DNA from: Octopus vulgaris
Taxonomy: Eukaryota
Reading direction: 5' to 3'
Assembly (NCBI GenBank): GCA_951406725.2
Contig: OX597816.1
Coordinates: 15,872,001-15,936,000, forward strand
DNA length: 64,000 bases
The notes under the pieces are model-generated. The model did not search any database and was not told the DNA's origin. It worked only from the letters and a program-made list of their open reading frames with translations. Below are positions 13,731-25,625 of this stretch, one piece after another. Numbering within the stretch: the stretch's first letter is position 1; each line of letters opens with the position of its first letter. Both the position numbers and the translations under genes were made by a program.

Positions 13731-15249
13731 TGGTTTGCAAGATTCTTGATGTGAACTTGTGTGTTGAAAAAGACTTTGTTGTACCTTGGGAGGGTCATTA
13801 CGCCAATGATAACACATGTACTTATTCTGCTTCACTTGTATTATTAATAATCTTCTTGTCTTGAGACAGCATTCACCCAGGGTGGGTTGAGCTGGCTTCA
13901 TTCATCCTCAATGCTGCATCTCTCACAAACCCCGACCAGACCTGGCGATTTGAGGCTAATGACCGCGTGATCTCCAACCACTCCTTATTCCAGCAGCGAA
14001 CGCCGTAGATATGAGGGCCTAAGTTGGGTCCCAGATCAGCCTTGACTGGCTGATTACAAATAATAGTAAACTAAGGCAGTGAGCTGGCAAAATCATTTGC
14101 ATGCAAAACAAAATGCTTAGTACATCTCTATGTTCTGAGTTCAAATTCCACTGAGGTCAACCTTGCCTTTCATCCTTCCATGGGTGATAAAATAAATACC
14201 AGTCAAGCGCTGGAGTCAATGAAACCAACTAGGCCCCTCCCACTAAAATTTCAGGCTTTGTTCCTAGAATAGAAGATATTATTATTAGTCAACTAGGTAT
14301 CATAATCTGAATGCATTCTGGTCCCTTAAAGAGTAAGGAGTTAAAGGCCAAAACACTTGCATGAGGCTGGCAGGGCTTCTCTCAAGACCTTCTGCTGTTC
14401 AGCTCTCCATTGAGTTTATTACAAGCTTTTCATGAATATTCTTGGTTCGTCTGTGTTATGTGCATGTGACATGATGCAGAGAAACCAATAATATTCTCTT
14501 ATTATTGAGAAAAGAGAGATACACATGATTTTGATATTCATGTCTCAAATATAATGAATATGCAAATGGAATGAAGATGACTCCGAAATATTATAAAATC
14601 CATGAGGTGGTCTCAGTTTGCAAGAAGCTTATCGTTAAAAATTGAAAATTAGGCAAAAAAAAAGGAAAGAAAAATTCACATGACTCATTAATTCATTTCA
14701 TTATCACAGCAATGAACAGTTATGAAAGATAACAAAAACTATCTATTTAGTCTTGGTATAAGACCATTGAATTCAAGTATATTCATGGCACATATCTTAT
14801 AAACCTGGTTGGACAAAGATAAATATGTGAAATACGATGCATGAACTTAGACAAGGTTAAATGTTTAAATGAATAACATTACAAACGGAGTTTGAGTTTA
14901 ATACCGTATTCTTCATTTTATAGTTTTTGTCAATATAAGAAATTAAAATTTTGCCAATCTTTTTTGAGTGACAACTTGACAGGCATGGCTGTGTGGTAAG
15001 AAGTTTGCTTCTGAACTACATGGTTCTGAACTACAATATCACTGCTGATATTGTTTTGAGAGAAAATATTCTTGTTATAGGTAATATGTGAAAAAGACAC
15101 TTTTTGATTTTGAATGATTTCATTAGACTGCAGGATGCATGCACTTCTGTGTCATTGCACATCAGCAACAAACACCATGATGAAAATGCACCCGCTAAAG
15201 TATACTCATGGGTTCAAAAGGTTAATCTAATGAATACTGAAAATGTTCT

Positions 15250-15478
15250 TTAACCCCTTACCCGGCAGAAACGAATATATGCGTTTTGACCGAAATCGTT
15301 TTTTTCTATCTCTGGCAAGTTAACTCGTCAAAAGATTTTAAAAGATTAAAATTCATAATAAATAAGGTTTGAAATATACCTCGAAATCACCATTCAAAAC
15401 ATAGTAAAATAAAACAATTAAAAAATATGTCTGAAAAACTACATTTATTTTCAAAATAATTGTTGGATAAGGGGTTAA
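15250..15478. mobile_element. TTAA-flanked MITE (piggyBac-like), second family
   Basis: Ends TTAA-CCCCTTA(C)CC and GG(A)TAAGGGG-TTAA are inverted repeats with TTAA on both sides. Confidence 0.7.
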
Positions 15479-17023
15479 AGTTTTTTTGCTTTTTTTTAAT
15501 AATGTCTGTTTAGTTAAGAAGTTTGTTTCATAATCATGTGTTTTGGGTTCGGTCCCGCTGCACAGCACCACCCTGGGCAAGTGCCTTTTGCTATAGTTCC
15601 AGGCCAAACTAAGCTTTGTGGATTTGGTAGATGGGAACAGAAAAAATCCATCATGTGTGAGCATGCATGTGGAGTGTGTTGAGAGACTGAAAATCTGTGA
15701 AAACATGTCCTCCTATTATGATGTTCATGTTCAAAGAACTGGGAAATAATACCATATTTAGAAAACAGATGAGGGTTAGCAACAGGAAAAGCATACAGGC
15801 ATAGAAAATCTATCACAAACAATTTCATTGAATACAGAATAGATGCAAAATGAACACTAAGATGACAAGAACAATGATACTGGTTTAGTCTTATTTTGTC
15901 AGCAAGTAGCAGCAGACTTAATCTGAGAGTAAGTTTAATCTCAAATTCAGATATAACTTAGCAAATATCTCTACTGCACAAACAACGCTTCTTTCATATT
16001 TATTTCCCCAGGGAGGATAACTTTAAAGAACAGTGGAAACAAGAACATGAGAAAGTAGTTTCTGGAAAGTTTGTTTTCTTTGCTGTGTCAAAAGTATACT
16101 CTGTACTAGGGGTCAGCCAACAGATTAAATCATTGACCTTTTCATGGAATCTGTGATAAATTATACACCCTACTCTGTTGAGTAGTTAGTGTTAGGAAGG
16201 GTATCCAGCTGTAAAAATCCTGCCAAAACAGTCACAGAAGTCTGGTGCAGGCTTTGGCCTAGCCGGCTCTTGTGGTACCACCCCACCCATGCTAGCATGG
16301 AACATGAATGTTAAATGATGGTGATGACTATCATGAAAATTTCTGAAATGAAATTTAAATGTATAATTAATAAAAAATTTCTAGAATTAAATACAATACT
16401 TCCTTTGGCACACCTAATGAAAAATTACCTACAATTTTGATTTTGATAGTGTGGCCTGCTTGAAGATGAGCAATGCCCCATGTGGACCACTTCTTGAAAA
16501 TGGTTGCCCATGCCTGATTTAGGCTGGCAGAAAGTTCTCTTTGTGACCCAAGCTCTGATTTTATAAACACTAATGTGTGTCAAAACTTGTTATTGTTGAA
16601 AATAAGGGGTCACAGGTGATGCCCTTCCCTCCCCAGTTAAGTGGTAAAACTAAAAAAAAAAAACGAACAAAACTCAAAATACAATTGAGTGAATGGTAAT
16701 GTATAACTGATACACATTTAACAAACCCTGGAATTATAATAAATGAAGTCACAAAATTAAAACATTTTACTGAAAACAATGAGGTACGAGGATGTACCAA
16801 GCAGCAAGGCAACCCCAAGTGACAAAGCAACCTCAAGCAGTGAGGCAACACCAAGCAGTGAGGCAATCAAATATTCAACTGGAAACAGTGAAGCATCAGT
16901 GATGTACCAAAAAGATAATCAAGCAACAAGAAACTAAACTAGATACAGTAAATACTGAATATGGTGTTGTAATCACTTACAAGTTATTTAGTCCCGGTCA
17001 GGCCTGATTAAGTAGATTTATGA

Positions 17024-17697
17024 TTAACCCTTTCGTTACTGTATTTATTTTGAGACGCTCTGTGTTTCTTTTAATTAATTATAAATATAACAAAGAATTT
17101 AGTAAAATAACTTAGTTATCATTAAGCTAGTGTTAGGAACATAACTTGTGACTAAGGTTTGGTGGAAGATTTTAAATCAGAACTTATGAAAATAAGACAT
17201 TTGTACTACTGAGCCAGAAGTAGTTTCAGTTGGGTTGGTATCGAAAGGGTTAAGTATTGTTTCTCTATTATATATCAACCCTTCTGTCAACATATTTCTG
17301 TTAGATGCTCTGTGATTCTTTCAATTAATTTTAACTATAACAAAGAATTGTGACTAAAGTTTGGTGGAAGATTTTTATTCAGAACTTTTGAAATCAAGAG
17401 ATTTGTACTCAGAACCAGAGCTGGTTTCAGCCGGGTTGGTATCAAAAGGGTTAAGGCCCACCTTATTCTCTCTCTCTCCAACTTTAACCCTTTTGTTGCC
17501 ATATTTGTTTTGAGATGCTCTGTGTTTCTTTCAATTAATTTTAAATATAACAAAGAATTTAGTAAAATAACTTAGCTATCATTAAGTTAGCGCTAAGAAC
17601 ATAAATTGTGACTAAGGTTTGGTGGAAGATTTTAATTCAAAACTTTTCTACTCAGAACCAGAGCCGGTTTCAGCCGGGTTGGTAATGAAAGGGTTAA
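17024..17697 (+). mobile_element. Cluster of three ~225-bp piggyBac-like MITEs (TTAA-CCCTTTCGTTAC...GTAACGAAAGGG-TTAA)
   Basis: Units at 17024-17253, ~17277-17454 (internally deleted) and 17484-17697. They have TIRs, TTAA ends and a shared AT-rich body. Confidence 0.85.
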
Positions 17698-18409
17698 AGA
17701 TGTTCTCACCTTGACCATTAGCTTTCATCCCTCAAGGAATTATCTTCTCAACCCTGGCAACATTTGAACTCAAAGTGTAAAAGGCAGAAGAAATACCCCA
17801 AAGCATTTTGTCCGATGTGCTAATGATTCTGCTAGCTAGCCACCTTAAGTTTCAAATCCTCACATAAGACCAGCAATTTTAAGGAGGAGCGAGTTGTTTA
17901 CACCGATTCCAGTGCTTGACTGGTACTTATTTTATCAACCCCAAAAGATCAAAGCGAAGCTGGCCTCAGCATGATTTGAACCCAGAATGTAAAGAGTTGG
18001 AAGAATACCACAAAGCATTTCACCAGACATGCTGACCAGCTTACTGCCATAATAATTCTATGTACTACTAAAGGCACAGAGCCTGGAATTTGGGGGAAAT
18101 GGGGCCAGTTGATTTGATTGATGCCAGTATTTTTATTTTATATTTATTTTATTAACCCTGAAAGGTTGAAAAGCAAAGTGAGCCTCAGTGAGATTTGAAC
18201 TCCAAATATAAAACTGAAAGAAATGTCAGTTCGCCACTTCAATGCAAATAATAATAATCCTTTCAGCTGTTGACACAAGGCCAGAAATTTTGGGGAAGTG
18301 GGATAATTGATTACATTGACCTCAGTACTTGACTAGCACTTTATTTCTTAATACACCAAAGGGATGAAAGGCAAAGTTGACACTGGTGGAATTTGAACTC
18401 AGAATGCTG

Positions 18410-18738
18410 AGCCCCATGCTAGTAGGGTGCTAAGAGCACCATCCAAGCGTGAGCGTTGCCAGCATCGCCTTACTGGCATCTGTGCCGGTAGCATGTGTAA
18501 AAAGATTCGAGCAAGGTCGTTGCCAGTACCGCCTGACTGGTCCTCGTGTCAGTGGCACGTAAAAGCGCCCACTACACTCTCGGAGTGGTTGGCATTAGGA
18601 AGGACATCCAGCTGTAGAAACTCTCCCAGATCAAGATTGGAGCCTGGTGCAGCCATCTGGTTCACCAGCCCCCAGTCAAAATCGTCCAACCCATGCTAGC
18701 ATGGAAAGCGAACATTAAAAGATGATGATAATGATGAA
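18410..18738 (+). mobile_element. SINE family B
   Basis: Family core plus (GAT)n tail. Confidence 0.8.
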
Positions 18739-19688
18739 TGTGAAGAACCAGAATAAAATTTGTTTCTGATTTAGGCACAAGACCAGCAGTTTTGATAGGA
18801 GGGTGTTAGTTGGTACTACTGATCCAAGTCCTTGAGCAGGTCTTTATTTTACTGACCATAATCATCATTATTTAAGATTCATCTTCCATGCTGGGATGGG
18901 TTGGACAGTTTGACAGGAGATGGAAAGCTGCACCAGACACCAACTGTCCGTTTTAGTAAGGTTTCTAGGGTTTGATGCTCTTCCTTATGCCAACCACTTT
19001 ACAAAGTGTACTGAGTGCTTTTTACATGACACCAGCACGGGTGCCTTTTATGTGGCACCAGCCTCGAGGAAGGAAAGCCAAGGCTAACTTCACCAGGATA
19101 TCAATTCAATAACAGTGGTTTCAAATTCTGGCACAAAACCAGAAATCTTAGAGGGAGAGATAAGTTGATTACATTAACTTCATTAATCCCCATCTGTACT
19201 TTATTGACCCCCAAAAGGATAAAAGGCAAAAATCAACCTTGACAGAATTAATAACATAAGTGGTTATGACTAAGATTTGTTATTGTGGTAAGTGGAAAAA
19301 TCTGATATTTCAGACAACCGGTTCTTTGATTTAATGCTTCGGTCACCTCATCACCTTAATTTCACCTCTCGTGGTATTAAAACTTGTTACTAAATAGTAC
19401 TGAACTTATTATTATTATAAGATATCCTGTTGCAACCATCTGCATTGCATTTGATTTCAAACTTCAAAGTAGTGGTATTGATTTAATTGGCAAGAGCATG
19501 TATTTAATGTCAAATTTAGAAAACATAATTAGCCATTTACATTGCATGTTCTTATTCCTATAAATGGTGTACAATTTTTACTGGTTATGAAAACAGAAGA
19601 AACTCTGCTGGAACAAATTTTAGATGTGTTGCCAAAATATGGTTGTGTGTAATAACAAAAATAGGGAAAAAGTTCAAGAGACTTTACC

Positions 19689-19887
19689 TATTTCTTTACT
19701 ACATAGAAGGGGCTAAACACAGAGAGGACAAACAAGGACAGACAAATGGATTAAGCCAATTATATTGACCCCGAAAGAATGAAAGGCAAAGTCGACCTCG
19801 GCAGAATTTGAACTCAGAACGTAGCGGCAGATGAAATACCACTAAGCATTTCGCCCGGCATGCTAATGTTTCTGCTAGCTCACCGCT
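19689..19887 (-). mobile_element. SINE family A with 17-bp TSD
   Basis: GTTCAAGAGACTTTACC occurs at 19672-19688 and 19888-19904. Confidence 0.9.
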
Positions 19888-20224
19888 GTTCAAGAGACTT
19901 TACCATCTCTGTTATCATCCTGTCCAGGTTCATTGCACTCTCTTGCTTCTATCGTCCTTCAGTTACAGGTGACACTTTGAGCTCTTAGTCTTGCAAGTGG
20001 TATGGCAACCTCACACGTGCTGAGACCAATTTAAAAAGTACCTACTTCTTGCGAAGTGATTGGCATTAGGAAGGGTGTCCAACCATAGAAACTATGACAA
20101 AACTAGCAGCATAGCCCGGCGTTGCCCGGGTATGTAAGAGCCCCTAGTAGGCAACGACTAATCCCAATGTAGTCCTTTCCCTCCAGGGAACGAAGGTGCA
20201 TGTGGACGTTGCAATGTCTTGTCT

Positions 20225-23200
20225 TCACTGGAATACTTCTGTATATACGATGTTCCTAGCTGTCCGTTTGGGCGAAAACATGAAAACATCATTGCGCCTC
20301 CCAACGCGTGAACAGCCCACGTAGAGTTGACTGTGGGCGAAGCACTGTTCGCCCAAATGTAACCCAGCGACTTGTAGCGTTTGGCCTTGGGATTTATTGA
20401 TGGACATTGCGAAGCAGAGTTTAACAGGAAACTGAGAACGCCTGAAGTGGATTGGTAGGTCAGCGCCCGACGGTTGAAGGTGCATCCGTGGAATGAAGAC
20501 GTCCTCTCCCTTCCCACAACCGGTAAGTATTGTGGCCGTTATTAAATGTGGTGCCAAATGTTTCACAACCAAACGTGTGCCGTTGCACTGTTTAGGTGGA
20601 ACCAAATTCCTGATGAGCATAATGGGCGCACCGACTTTTAACTTCAGGATGTGTGGTGGCAGGCCTGGCGGTTCAAGTGAATTCAGGAATTCAACAGGAT
20701 AATCGGCAAGCTGGGGGGGGTCTGCTGTCCTATCTATAGATTTGTAGACGTGGACATCACCAGGAATAGCTTCAAGTAGCTGGATATTGATGGAGTTGAC
20801 GGTTGTATTTTTGGGTGCGAGAATAGCTCTGCCTGCCAGCCATTTTAGGTCGCGTAAATTGTTTTGTAGGTCGTGGAAGACAGCGTCCCAGAGGCTAGCA
20901 GGGGTATCGACAATGGTGCAAAGTGAGTCCAATTGAACGTAGCCATCCGCATCAGACAGCATCCTATTTTCACCGAGCGATAAGAGGTCCCTGGAGAATG
21001 CAGCGGATCCGCTGTCACCAATTAACTGCGCGCGCATGTTAGTTTGGAGGTGCAAGGGCCGCACATGTGCCCAAAGAGCTGACGACTTAAGGCACGCGCG
21101 CACGGCATCGGCACGGGTTCCTTTTGGAATAACAGGTAGAGTCTGCCTGAAGTCTCCTGAAAGAAGTAAAGTTAATCCTCCCATGGGGGCCGTAGAGTCT
21201 CTGATGTCTTGCAGGGACCTGTCCAGTGCCTCAAGGGCGCCTTTGTGTGCCATAGTGCACTCGTCCCATACGATGAGTTTGCATCTGCGCAGAATGTCGG
21301 CCTGTTCTGAGTTCTTGGCGATGTTGCAGATAGGTGACTCGGACTTTGCCAGATCGAGCGGGAGTCTGAAGGCAGAGTGGGCGGTTCTGCCACCCGGAAG
21401 CAACGTGGCCGCGATACCAGAGGAAGCTACAGCCAGGGCAATGTCCGTGTTGCGTCTGACCTCTGCCAGAATTAGTTTAGTGACGAAGGTTTTGCCAGTG
21501 CCGCCGGGTGCATCAAGGAAGAAAATCCCCCCACGTTGCTGTCTGACAGAGTCTACGATGGTGTTGTAGGCTATGCGCTGGTCTGGAATCAGCCGTGGTT
21601 CATTATCTTGGACGTACTGGTGCAGTTCCTCAATGCAGTAGGAAGTTTCGCGTAACAATTCAGCAGACATAACATTGGCGTGTTCACGTGTGGGTGGTGG
21701 AAGGCCGTACTCTGTTAAAGCAGACCCACCCATATCGATGACAGCGTCTTCGAGTTGAATGAGCGCAAAATTGTAAATGAAGTTGGTGAACGTGATCTCG
21801 GCGGAAGGGCAGTGTTGCTGAGCCGTACGTAAGAAGTCGTGCGACATGTCATCCCTGTATTTCATCCAGAGACTTAGTGGATCACTAAGCTGACATTTTT
21901 GAAGAAGGATTGCGAAAAGATGTCGTAGGGCCGAATGCGTTTGCAGTAAAGCACCCTCTGCCATCGTGGCGTCCCACTGGGAGTCATCCTCTAGAAGGCC
22001 AAGTCTCATACATGCTTCCCTGAAGGTGTCGCACAGAACCCCATTGACGGTACGTATATTGGCGAAACCTGTTGGACCAGTGACCTCATGTAGAAGGAGA
22101 CGGAGGTAGAAGCATTCTTGCTGGTTTGGCGGGATGTTGTAAACTCGACCCAGGCAGGAGTCAAACTTGACGCCTGGGAAGCTTTCGACGTTTTTGCCGG
22201 ATTTCCGTCGGACCCAGGTGTTTTTAGACCACACGAAGTACGATGGGACCTGTGGGTACAAAAGCGTTCGAGCGAAGTCATCACGTTGGCATAATTTGAA
22301 GAAACCAGTCAACGTTGTGTCTTTAGGGCTGGTGGCTATGTGCACAGCACTTTGCTCTGTGAAGTAAATCCGCTGTCCATTTTCCAAGTGTACAGCAAGC
22401 TGCACCACAGCCGGGTGTCTCTGATGGAGCGGGAAGCCGTAAATGCGCCAAAACGCTTCGTTGCTGCTGAGGTACCGGCCAGCCAAGTAGTTGGACACTT
22501 CGTCGCGACTGGTGGTCCTCTGGATGCTGAACATGGCAGCATCGCTGCCTTTGTTGATATATTTGCAGACATATTGTATTGACCTGATGGAGCTGCAGAA
22601 CTCAACATTGACGTGGGCTTTGAATATCTTCGACAGGAGAGGACAGTAGGGGACAATGTAGCTGTTGTCCACTTGATGTCGCCCAACCGTAATCGTGCGG
22701 CCTCCATTGGCTGGACTCCTTCGTTTGTACAGCGGATACCCATCGCCGCCTGTTTGAGTCTCCAAAGTGAACCGTTTAGGGAATCCCTTTGAGCAGGCTA
22801 ATCCGTTTTTGTAGCATGGTGTGTTGGCGTAATTTGGTCCACAGGGCCCGTGTACCATGGTAGTGCGGACAATTTCGTAGAGTCCGGGGTCCTCATCGGG
22901 GTCAGGAATCTCGGCGGAAATGAATTTGTCAATGTCATTAGTCTCGATTTTATGAGTGAGCCAAATTAAGATGTGAGCATGTGGCAAGCCCCTCTTTTGC
23001 CACTCGACCGAAAACATGTGGCACCTGACATGCCCGAAAATCTGACCCTTAACTATCAAATCCTTCATTTTGCCCAAATTCAGACGGAAAACCCTAGCAA
23101 CGATATCGTGTCGATGGGTGTGAGATTGACCCGGGAGGAGTTCGCGAGTGATTTCGTCGCAGCTGGGATTGCACGTGTAGGTGATAAAGAGGTCCGGCCG

Positions 23201-23461
23201 GCCGTAAATGCGCACGTAGGTCAAGGCGTCTTGGGTCCTTTCACGCATATATCGCGGTCCTCCCGTGAAGGTGGAGGGTAGAATGCATGGCTTGCCGATG
23301 TTGCGAGGGTCATTTTCTTGTTGCAAACCGTCACGGAGATGAATGTAGGAGTCGGAGCGAAGTTTGGTCTGATTAAGTTTAATGTATAGCAGCCTTTCCG
23401 ATTCCATTTTTGCGGCCATGTCGACGGCGAACTGGTTGAATAGCTGACGACAACGGGGCAA
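20225..23461 (-). CDS. Helitron Rep/helicase (HUH endonuclease + PIF1-family SF1B helicase), C-terminal 1078 aa
   Basis: Rep motifs PDLFITYTCNP, VEWQKRGLPHAH (HUH) and YVCKY (catalytic Y..Y). Helicase motifs DAPGGTGKT, IVWDECTM, GDFRQTLPV, SINKSQGQTL and QLYVGCSRV. The ORF begins just after an in-frame stop, so it is probably not the natural start. Confidence 0.93.
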   Translation of the reverse strand: MPRCRQLFNQFAVDMAAKMESERLLYIKLNQTKLRSDSYIHLRDGLQQENDPRNIGKPCILPSTFTGGPRYMRERTQDALTYVRIYGRPDLFITYTCNPSCDEITRELLPGQSHTHRHDIVARVFRLNLGKMKDLIVKGQIFGHVRCHMFSVEWQKRGLPHAHILIWLTHKIETNDIDKFISAEIPDPDEDPGLYEIVRTTMVHGPCGPNYANTPCYKNGLACSKGFPKRFTLETQTGGDGYPLYKRRSPANGGRTITVGRHQVDNSYIVPYCPLLSKIFKAHVNVEFCSSIRSIQYVCKYINKGSDAAMFSIQRTTSRDEVSNYLAGRYLSSNEAFWRIYGFPLHQRHPAVVQLAVHLENGQRIYFTEQSAVHIATSPKDTTLTGFFKLCQRDDFARTLLYPQVPSYFVWSKNTWVRRKSGKNVESFPGVKFDSCLGRVYNIPPNQQECFYLRLLLHEVTGPTGFANIRTVNGVLCDTFREACMRLGLLEDDSQWDATMAEGALLQTHSALRHLFAILLQKCQLSDPLSLWMKYRDDMSHDFLRTAQQHCPSAEITFTNFIYNFALIQLEDAVIDMGGSALTEYGLPPPTREHANVMSAELLRETSYCIEELHQYVQDNEPRLIPDQRIAYNTIVDSVRQQRGGIFFLDAPGGTGKTFVTKLILAEVRRNTDIALAVASSGIAATLLPGGRTAHSAFRLPLDLAKSESPICNIAKNSEQADILRRCKLIVWDECTMAHKGALEALDRSLQDIRDSTAPMGGLTLLLSGDFRQTLPVIPKGTRADAVRACLKSSALWAHVRPLHLQTNMRAQLIGDSGSAAFSRDLLSLGENRMLSDADGYVQLDSLCTIVDTPASLWDAVFHDLQNNLRDLKWLAGRAILAPKNTTVNSINIQLLEAIPGDVHVYKSIDRTADPPQLADYPVEFLNSLEPPGLPPHILKLKVGAPIMLIRNLVPPKQCNGTRLVVKHLAPHLITATILTGCGKGEDVFIPRMHLQPSGADLPIHFRRSQFPVKLCFAMSINKSQGQTLQVAGLHLGEQCFAHSQLYVGCSRVGRRNDVFMFSPKRTARNIVYTEVFQ

Positions 23462-23470
23462 TAAGTTGAA

Positions 23471-23680
23471 CTAACCCTCCCTGACCATGAACCGGTATGA
23501 GTAGAACGCCCTGCAGGAAACCGTCTTTGATGCCGCAGTAGTTTGATTGGAGGGCTGCCGTAAAGGAATTCCGAAGTGGTAGCCGTCTTCCCCATAAGGG
23601 AAAAGCAATGGATACTGAAGCGCGTCATAAGATCTGTGAGTCTCGCTGATCCTGTGTAGGTTGTTACCACGGGCTAGTGG
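23471..23680 (-). pseudogene. In-frame upstream part of the Helitron RepHel, separated by a single TAG
   Basis: LHRISETHRSYDALQYPLLFPYGEDGY...FYSYRFMVREG-TAG-FNLLPRCRQLF reads in one frame. YDALQYPLLF is a conserved Helitron pre-Rep motif. Confidence 0.88.
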
Positions 23681-24005
23681 CGTTAGCCGCATTCCGAATG
23701 GCCCTTTGTTCGGGGTTCTCGCGAGCTCTGCGGATGGAAGCACAGTAAGAAGACCGCATGTTTTGGCTGGACTGTTGCTCTTTCGTCAACCTCGAGCGGA
23801 GGGAAGATCTGTACGCTGCGACCCTTGCAAGTCGGGTAGAACGGTCGCTAGTAGTTTCAGATGCCTGAGCAGCGGCATAACGGGAAGCTGTTTGCGAGAG
23901 GCGCAAGGCGGTTTCCTCGTGGGTCTCGCGTGCCCTTCTAGCCCTAGCAGCCGATGCCTTGGCCGTCCGAGGGCTGAGGAGGGTCCTTCTCTTCTTGGGT
24001 GGCAT
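23664..24005 (-). pseudogene. Helitron RepHel N-terminus: NLS-like MPPKKRR plus 23-aa STPR-like repeats
   Basis: ATG at 24005. Repeats ETHEETALRLSQTASRYAAAQAS / ETTSDRSTRLARVAAYRSSLRSR / LTKEQQSSQNMRSSYCASIRRAR / ENPEQRAIRN... are each 23 aa. This segment is out of frame with the downstream part. Confidence 0.75.
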
Positions 24006-25207
24006 TTTGGTGGATAGCAATGTGTTTGGCAAAGGTGTAATAAAAAGGAGCTCGTGGGGTAAGTATCCGAAAATGTATAAAAAGTACAAAAACGGCCAAA
24101 AAGCTGGCAGCAATGTGAGTGACAACAACGAAAAAGTCAAAAGTGATCAAACTGAACAAACGAAAGGAAAAGTTTTTTGATGCACACGACAAAAGTGGTT
24201 TATAATAAACCAAGAGTTTGCAAGTAGCGTCCGAGGACCGTTAGGGTACGTCAAAAATTGAAGGTAAAACGTTTGGGGTGGTAGTTATAAAGAAAGTTTA
24301 AACCAAAAGAGTATTCGAATAACTTGTGGCTGCAGCAGCTATTAGCAGAAGTGGCAGTGTTGGGGGTAAAGTCTCGAATGTAATTTCTTCCTGGTAGGAA
24401 TTGGTTGGATCGAATTATCGATAGCTAAAAAGGTCAAGTTGCGTCCCCTAGACAGTCTGGTTTGTGTTTAATACACAAATTTGTTTGCTATGTGTGCCAC
24501 GTATGATTAAATTAACCGATTTTTTCCAATAATGTATCCTATTGGAATAAAAAGGGCTATATAGCTCCTTGGAGCAGACATGATGCTCGTTGTGAAAAAA
24601 AAAGATTCCTGCCAATTTGTGAAAGATATTGTCGAAAGTATGTCATCTTGAATTTGAACGCGATTTCCCAAAATGGCATGATTTTATCGATTGTTTCTGA
24701 TGGTAAGGTATTGCATGGAAAACTAACGTCAGAATTGAGTTTCTTAGGGTAACATTAAGCTTCACCATGAGTTTGGTGAAAATCGATTGCAAGTTGTGAA
24801 AACTACCATAGATAATGCGTTGCATAAAAAAAGCTTAGATTCTCGAGTTGCGTCCCCTAGATAGTCTGTGGTTCATGTTTATGATTCTCGACCCCATGTC
24901 GAATTTATCAATTTTTTTCAGAACTGGGGAACTTTTCAAAATTTTCGCTGCGTTAGTTTTGAATTATGACATTGGGCTATGTGTGTGTCAAGTTTCATCA
25001 GAATCGGTTGAAAGCCGTGGTCAGGGTGAGGGTACGAGAAAACAGACACACAGAAGCACGCACAGACAAACTGCCGTTTATATATAGAGAGATAGACATA
25101 GGAGCACGAGGTAATGTTCTGGTTCATCAGATCGTTTCAAACTGTAATCTATGCCAGCAAGGAAGATGGATGGTGATGGTGTTGCAAGGACACAAATTAG
25201 TAATTCT

Positions 25208-25625
25208 TACTCTTTTTACTCTTACTTGTTTCAGTCATTTGACCATGGCCATGCTGGAGCACCACCTTTAGTCAAGCAAATCGACCTCAGGACTAACTCT
25301 TTGTAAGCCTAGTACTTATTCTATAGGTCTCTTTTGCTGAACTGCTAAGTTACGGAGATGTAAACACACCAGCATCGGTTGTCAAGTGATGTTGGGTGGG
25401 GGGGGGCGACAAACACAGACATACACACACACACACATATATATATATGTATATATATATATATACGACGGGCTTCTTCCAGTTTCTGTCTACCAAATCC
25501 GCTCACAAGGCTTTGGTCAGCCCAAGGCTATAGTAGAAGACACTTGCCCAAGGTGCCATGCAATGGGAATGAACCTGGAACCATGTGGCTGGTAAACAAA
25601 CTACTTACCACCCAGCCACACCTCA
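25208..25625 (-). mobile_element. SINE family C
   Basis: Near full-length copy with tail (CTCTTTTTA)CTCTTACTTGTTTCAGTC and an internal (TA)n. Confidence 0.85.

Larger units (their letters stand above)
20103..25092 (-). mobile_element. Helitron (rolling-circle transposon), near full-length, internally deleted
   Basis: 5' TC at 25092-25091 preceded by A. 3' hairpin CCCGGGCAACGCCGGG (20130-20115), then CTAG (20106-20103) followed by T. No TSD. Contains the RepHel ORF. Removing it restores a continuous SINE-B-like sequence. Confidence 0.95.

Noticed and set aside
16785-16940. Short 18-bp repeats encoding a possible S/T/P-rich peptide (ATPSSE)
   Set aside because: There are only ~4 degenerate units, with no clear splice signals or homology.
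20493-23281. Several plus-strand and alternative-frame ORFs within the Helitron
   Set aside because: They are shadow ORFs of a GC-rich coding sequence and show no motifs.
23471-23473. Programmed read-through or recoding of the in-frame TAG in RepHel
   Set aside because: Other inactivating changes in the same copy make a simple nonsense mutation more parsimonious.
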